Below are positions 32,966-37,126 of a stretch of 37,126 nucleotides of DNA, one piece after another. Numbering within the stretch: position 1 is the first letter of the stretch; each line of letters opens with the position of its first letter. Below the pieces are notes generated by a model that worked only from the letters and a program-made list of their open reading frames with translations, made no database searches and was not told where the DNA came from. The position numbers and the translations under genes are program-made. The stretch comes from a virus (lineage: Duplodnaviria > Caudoviricetes). The DNA lies in IMG/VR virus record IMGVR_UViG_3300014201_000017, positions 1 to 37,126 of that record; one strand, given 5' to 3'.

Positions 32966-34510
32966 ATGTCAGGAGAAAATATCAATCAAGTTTATATTGC
33001 CAATCCCATTACATCGAACACATCAACTGATTTGATGTATTTTGGACAGTCACCTTATGGATCAGGCAATGATGCGGCGATGACTTATGCCAATTTTGCT
33101 GCACAATTTGGCGCTCCATACACCCCCGCAGCCTTGACAGAAGTGAGTGATACCAATGTCACGTTGACCCTCGGCGGTACTCCGTCCACAGCTCTGTTAC
33201 ATGCGGCCAGCATTACTGCGGGCTGGACAGGCACCTTGTCAGGCACGCGGGGGGGTACAGGCGTAAACAATGGCGCCAGCACCATAACAATCGGTGGCAA
33301 TTTTGCCATGTCTGGCGCATACACTTTTACGGGAACACTCACTGCAACCACTGCTGTCACCTTTCCTACCAGCGGGACGCTTGCAACGACTTCCCAGCTT
33401 CCAACACCAGCAGCCCTTACTGAAGCCAATGATACAAATGTAACCCTTACCCTCGGCGGTACACCTGCAACTTCTTTGTTGCAGGCCGTGAGTATTACCG
33501 CTGGATGGTCTGGGCAGCTTTCGCTCGCTCGCGGTGGTACCAATGCAAATTTGACTGCATCAAACGGTGGCATATTTTATTCAACTGCCAGTGCAGGAGC
33601 TATTCTTGCTGGTACAGCTACGGCAGGTCAATTACTGACTTCTGGCGCTTCCACTACGCCTGCATGGACAACCAGCACCTATCCGGCAACCAACGCTGCA
33701 AATACCCTGTTATATGCTTCCAGTGCCAATACCATGGCAGCACTTGCCACAGCAAACAGTTCTGTACTGGTAACCAGCGCAGGAGGTGTTCCCAGCCTTT
33801 CAACGACGTTGCCAAATATTGCCATTGGGACACCAACTTCGGGCACCCTGACAAACTGTACTGGTCTGCCTATCGCAGGAACCACGGGCTATGGCACAGG
33901 TGTGGCAACTGCTCTGGCTGATAATGTTGGATCAGCAGGCGCTTTTGTGATAAATGGTGGCGCGCTTGGAACACCATCATCCGGAACAATGACAAATGTT
34001 AGCGGGACAGCTTCCAGTTTGACTGCAGGCCAGGCATCTGCGTTGGTTGGCAATACCCCTTCGTATTTATCTGCATCAACCATCGGTCATGCTGTAGGAG
34101 GATCATCAACAAATTATCAGATGGGCGCTCCATCCATACCTTTGACGCAAGGAACATGGCGAGTAAAAATGACGCCTGTGATGAATTTTGGCGCGTCAAG
34201 TGCCGGTTGTTTTGTTGATTATTTGAGCGGATTTTTCGCCGCAGATGGTGCCAACAATGGCACAGCTCCTACTGCAATTTCTGCGACAACGACAGGGCCA
34301 ATTACATACAATGCCTTGTCTAGCGGAGGCACATACAATCCAATGCCAAGTCAGTCAGCGACAGGTAATTACATGGTGTTTCCTCTCGAATGCTACATAA
34401 CGGTTGCCAGCGGAACACAAACTGTTTATGGGGTTCTTTCTGTGGGATGGGTAACTTCAACTGGGCTTTTATGGGGCTGTTTTCTTGAGGCGTACAAGGT
34501 TTCCAATTAA
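32966..34510 (+). CDS. Tail fibre protein
   Basis: RGGTG/RGGTN and LGTPSSGT.TN fibre motifs; duplicated TPAALTE..DTNVTLTLGGTP unit. Confidence 0.8.
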   Translation: MSGENINQVYIANPITSNTSTDLMYFGQSPYGSGNDAAMTYANFAAQFGAPYTPAALTEVSDTNVTLTLGGTPSTALLHAASITAGWTGTLSGTRGGTGVNNGASTITIGGNFAMSGAYTFTGTLTATTAVTFPTSGTLATTSQLPTPAALTEANDTNVTLTLGGTPATSLLQAVSITAGWSGQLSLARGGTNANLTASNGGIFYSTASAGAILAGTATAGQLLTSGASTTPAWTTSTYPATNAANTLLYASSANTMAALATANSSVLVTSAGGVPSLSTTLPNIAIGTPTSGTLTNCTGLPIAGTTGYGTGVATALADNVGSAGAFVINGGALGTPSSGTMTNVSGTASSLTAGQASALVGNTPSYLSASTIGHAVGGSSTNYQMGAPSIPLTQGTWRVKMTPVMNFGASSAGCFVDYLSGFFAADGANNGTAPTAISATTTGPITYNALSSGGTYNPMPSQSATGNYMVFPLECYITVASGTQTVYGVLSVGWVTSTGLLWGCFLEAYKVSN

Positions 34511-34545
34511 TAATTCCAGACCGCGACTGGATTCTCACAAATGCA

Positions 34546-35313
34546 TTGCTGGCGAGTGATGTCTACAACAATGACATTGCCCCTGCCGAGCAACTGAAGG
34601 GCTGGACGAGATTTTATTGCCCCAGTGAGCCTTACCCTTCTGGATACTTTGGGGCCGCTTATGTGGACTCTGTTGCGAAGCCTTCGAAGGCTATCGTTGC
34701 GCATCGTGGTACAAAGAGCGTGCAGGATCTTGTCGAGGATATCAGTATTCTTGCGGATATGCCGTTTGAGCAGTTAAATGATGCTGTCGATTTTTCACGA
34801 GAAGTTAGAGACATATTGCCTGCTGGAATTGAAATTTCTCACACTGGTCACTCTCTGGGAGCGGTCATTGCAGAAATCATGTCAATGTCATTACTTTTCT
34901 CGCTCGAAAGTATTACATTTGAAAATCCAGGTTCGCTTGAGATATTCGGCAAGTGGAATAAAAAGATTAACCTTGACCCCAAAATACCCATCAAGACTTG
35001 CAGCACCATTATCCAGTCCCGCGTCAACATGATCAACACATGCAATACTCAGGCTGGATCGGTGTATTACCTCAAGGACAAGAAACTTGGTTTGGGCGCT
35101 CACTGGGGGCGTCATCCAGAGTCTTATCTTGAGAATCCCTTCTACATGACCGCAAATACACTTGAGCAGCATCCTATTGCCGGGATGCTGGCATATCTGG
35201 AATCAGGTGGCATTATTGCCGCTGTTGAGGACTGGCCTGCTGGCTTTGAGGCTGGCTATAAAATGTTCCTGGCTGATCTGAACACTGGACAATCAGAGGC
35301 CGAGTGTCCATGA
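34546..35313 (+). CDS. Alpha/beta-hydrolase, class-3 lipase-like
   Basis: IVAHRGT, TGHSLGA nucleophile elbow, TFENPG; frame open upstream to 34489. Confidence 0.85.
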   Translation: MLASDVYNNDIAPAEQLKGWTRFYCPSEPYPSGYFGAAYVDSVAKPSKAIVAHRGTKSVQDLVEDISILADMPFEQLNDAVDFSREVRDILPAGIEISHTGHSLGAVIAEIMSMSLLFSLESITFENPGSLEIFGKWNKKINLDPKIPIKTCSTIIQSRVNMINTCNTQAGSVYYLKDKKLGLGAHWGRHPESYLENPFYMTANTLEQHPIAGMLAYLESGGIIAAVEDWPAGFEAGYKMFLADLNTGQSEAECP

Positions 35314-35427
35314 ATCTCAGAAAATCTGATCCATGCTCAGCAAAGACAATAATGACAACAATCGCCTGAAGTATTATGACAAAAGCATTTTTCAGTTTTT
35401 TGATCATTTATTTATGCCCTGGAAAAG

Positions 35428-35465
35428 AACGCCTGATTCGGTGATATTGAAACAGGCGTTTTTCT
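35428..35465. terminator. Bidirectional terminator-like hairpin near the convergence of the two arms
   Basis: AAAAG-AACGCCTG-N17-CAGGCGTT-TTTC. Confidence 0.6.
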
Positions 35466-35671
35466 TATTTCAGGAGAGATACTTCAGCAGCCTGTAATCC
35501 CTTTTTACCCTGTTCGACCTTGAATTCTACATGGTCACCTTCGGCAAGAGATTTATATCCACTTCCCATTATTGCCTTGAAATGAACAAATACATCTTCT
35601 CTGTCCTGCCGGGAGATAAAACCATATCCCCTGCTGTTGTTAAACCATTTAACAATTCCTTTCTCTTTCAT
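35465..35671 (-). CDS. csp: Cold-shock domain protein (CspA family)
   Basis: GIVKWFN..RGYGFI (RNP1), DVFVHF (RNP2), GYKSL.EG..VEF...QG.KGLQA. Confidence 0.96.
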   Translation of the reverse strand: MKEKGIVKWFNNSRGYGFISRQDREDVFVHFKAIMGSGYKSLAEGDHVEFKVEQGKKGLQAAEVSLLK

Positions 35672-35709
35672 TTTGATATTCCCTGTGTCTGATTAATACA
35701 CAGATTATC

Positions 35710-35919
35710 TTAAATCAAAGCTCTCGTGAGGTCTTTAAAAACTTTTGCGGTCTTGCCCATCATGCATAGATTATACGGAGAAAGGTCTCCATATGCGGGA
35801 TTTTTAGTCAAATACCATTGATATGCTTTATCCTTGTCTCCATCGAATACTTCTCTGGCTTTTTCTATGACATCTGAGAGAGTTTTTACCGTGTAAGTCT
35901 TTCTTTGCTGCTTGACCAT
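35710..35919 (-). CDS. Orphan MbcA/ParS/Xre antitoxin C-terminal-domain-like protein (DUF2384)
   Basis: AREVFDGDKDKAYQWY..KNPAYG..SP..L pattern. Confidence 0.75.
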   Translation of the reverse strand: MVKQQRKTYTVKTLSDVIEKAREVFDGDKDKAYQWYLTKNPAYGDLSPYNLCMMGKTAKVFKDLTRALI

Positions 35920-35941
35920 TCTGTATACCTTCTGTTTCCTG

Positions 35942-36241
35942 TTACCTTTTCAGACATGAAATTATTGCTTTGAAACATCCCGAACAGCCATCATCTGTAT
36001 GCTGCTCAATCTTTACATTAACATTTGTGACCTGTTTAATTCCTTTATGATGATGCTTTACCCGATGGAAAAATCCATTTTTGTCACTGCTTGCCTCTGA
36101 TCTGTGATAATGTTTACCATCAAGTGAATCACTTTCTTCCTTGATATCATCTCCATCGCTTTCTGTTATCGGTATCTGATCTGATTTCATATCGAGTCCC
36201 TCCGTGTATGTTTCAATAACACTGTGAATTCGATAAACCAT
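35942..36241 (-). CDS. Hypothetical protein (likely start MKSDQ at 36190) with a Cys-rich C-terminus
   Basis: GGAGG RBS before 36190; ends DDGCSGCFKAIISCLKR. Confidence 0.6.
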   Translation of the reverse strand: MVYRIHSVIETYTEGLDMKSDQIPITESDGDDIKEESDSLDGKHYHRSEASSDKNGFFHRVKHHHKGIKQVTNVNVKIEQHTDDGCSGCFKAIISCLKR

Positions 36242-36261
36242 CCCTGAAACCCTACAGTATT

Positions 36262-36498
36262 TTATTTGATATTGGTTCTTGATATATTATATTCATTCCG
36301 TTTCCTGATTAAAGCCTTCTGCAGATACTTCCCCGCATCTTCCCTGACATATTTCCCGGATGGGAAAAATCTCCACTCTGACCAGAGCTGCTGGTATGTC
36401 ATGTTATCTATGGTTTGGCGGGTTTGTTTATTGGGTTTCATTTTTTTCCTCAATAATTTTCTGATCTGCGGGTGTTCCAAAAAATATTCATTATTCAT
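36262..36498 (-). CDS. Hypothetical protein
   Basis: AGGA RBS after site E; IDNMTYQQL...WRFFPSG motif. Confidence 0.65.
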   Translation of the reverse strand: MNNEYFLEHPQIRKLLRKKMKPNKQTRQTIDNMTYQQLWSEWRFFPSGKYVREDAGKYLQKALIRKRNEYNISRTNIK

Positions 36499-36520
36499 AA
36501 GTTATCCTGAAAAGAATCCC

Positions 36521-36552
36521 AAAAAGCGTGATAGGTTCTACTTATCCGTTCA
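36521..36552 (+). repeat. Putative recombination site E
   Basis: AAAAAGCGTGATAG-gttcta-CTTATCCGTTCA; abuts the stop of 36542..36739. Confidence 0.7.
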
Positions 36553-36739
36553 CTGTATAAACATTATCAATCGTGAAGTCACTGCCAAGAACCCTGATTT
36601 TTATTCTTGTTTGATCATGATATTCAATAATAAGGTCAGTTGACGGACAGTTAAATTTCTCACAGACTCTTTTGCATTCTTCTTCTATGATGGAAGCATG
36701 TTTTCTGGCAATATCATTACAAATATCTTCTATGTTCAT
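36542..36739 (-). CDS. Hypothetical protein flanked by sites E and F
   Basis: AAGGA RBS; ORF track. Confidence 0.7.
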   Translation of the reverse strand: MNIEDICNDIARKHASIIEEECKRVCEKFNCPSTDLIIEYHDQTRIKIRVLGSDFTIDNVYTVNG

Positions 36740-36780
36740 TACCGATCCTTACCGTTATTTGCCGATTCTATGGGCTTTCA

Positions 36781-36810
36781 AATGACTGATAGGTTCTACT
36801 ATTACGCTTT
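36781..36810 (-). repeat. Putative recombination site F (complete, inverted relative to C and E)
   Basis: Minus strand AAAGCGTAATAG-tagaac-CTATCAGTCATT; R arm 12/12 identical to site C. Confidence 0.75.
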
Positions 36811-37017
36811 GCGTACATAACAATCATTCTGTGCATTATATTCATAATCGTCTTGCCAGTCAGGTGCGCACCATGCGCAAAAATCTTCGCTTTCAATTCT
36901 GGTAAATTCTTTTGCAGTTGGATGATGCCTTTCTGGATTTTCCTGTTTATCTTCTTCATGTCTGCGAGTGCGACGATCTTGCGGAGATTCGCAGCAATAA
37001 TTTTCAGGCATCATCAT
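36802..37017 (-). CDS. Hypothetical protein ending KA-TAA-TAG inside site F
   Basis: AAGGAG RBS and ATGA overlap with the upstream stop; the alternative frame 36768..36959 is also open. Confidence 0.5.
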   Translation of the reverse strand: MMMPENYCCESPQDRRTRRHEEDKQENPERHHPTAKEFTRIESEDFCAWCAPDWQDDYEYNAQNDCYVRKA

Positions 37018-37023
37018 TCTCCT

Positions 37024-37126
37024 TCATCACCCATCCCCAGAATATCGACTTTAATATCGCGCTTCAGATAATTCAAAGCATCAATAGCTCCCATACTGTA
37101 AACTTGCTCAACAGAATTATGGGGTA
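37024..37126. repeat. 103-bp exact direct repeat, copy 2
   Basis: Identical to 534-636. Confidence 0.97.

Noticed and set aside
29280-35313. Diversity-generating retroelement or tail-fibre invertase system
   Set aside because: No reverse transcriptase, no TR/VR pair with adenine-specific differences, no invertase or inverted fibre cassettes

Overview
Near-complete genome of a tailed phage with P22-like (podovirus) morphogenesis genes. The last 103 bp (37024-37126) exactly repeat 534-636. This implies a ~36,490-bp circle plus a 533-bp alternative branch, or a duplicated gene at which the assembly broke. A leftward arm (35.2-37.1 kb continuing into 1-9.0 kb) carries many microgenes and gene fragments, a RecE-like exonuclease with a putative annealing protein, two tRNA-like elements, a cold-shock protein and an orphan antitoxin-like protein. 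A rightward arm carries a replication initiator with internal iterons, an HNH-like protein, RusA, endolysin, TerS/TerL, portal, scaffold, coat, head-tail proteins, ejection proteins, tail fibres and a lipase. I found no integrase, CI-like repressor, polymerase, reverse transcriptase or CRISPR array. The main unexplained signal is a family of about six ~30-bp sites with arm/6-bp-spacer/arm architecture (AAAGCGYRATAG-N6-CTATCAGTCATT). They cluster in ~2.8 kb across the circular junction, each at a gene 3' end, with spacers shared in pairs. This suggests a dif-module-like system that shuffles accessory gene cassettes using a recombinase supplied in trans. Product calls come from motif recognition and synteny only; no searches were run.
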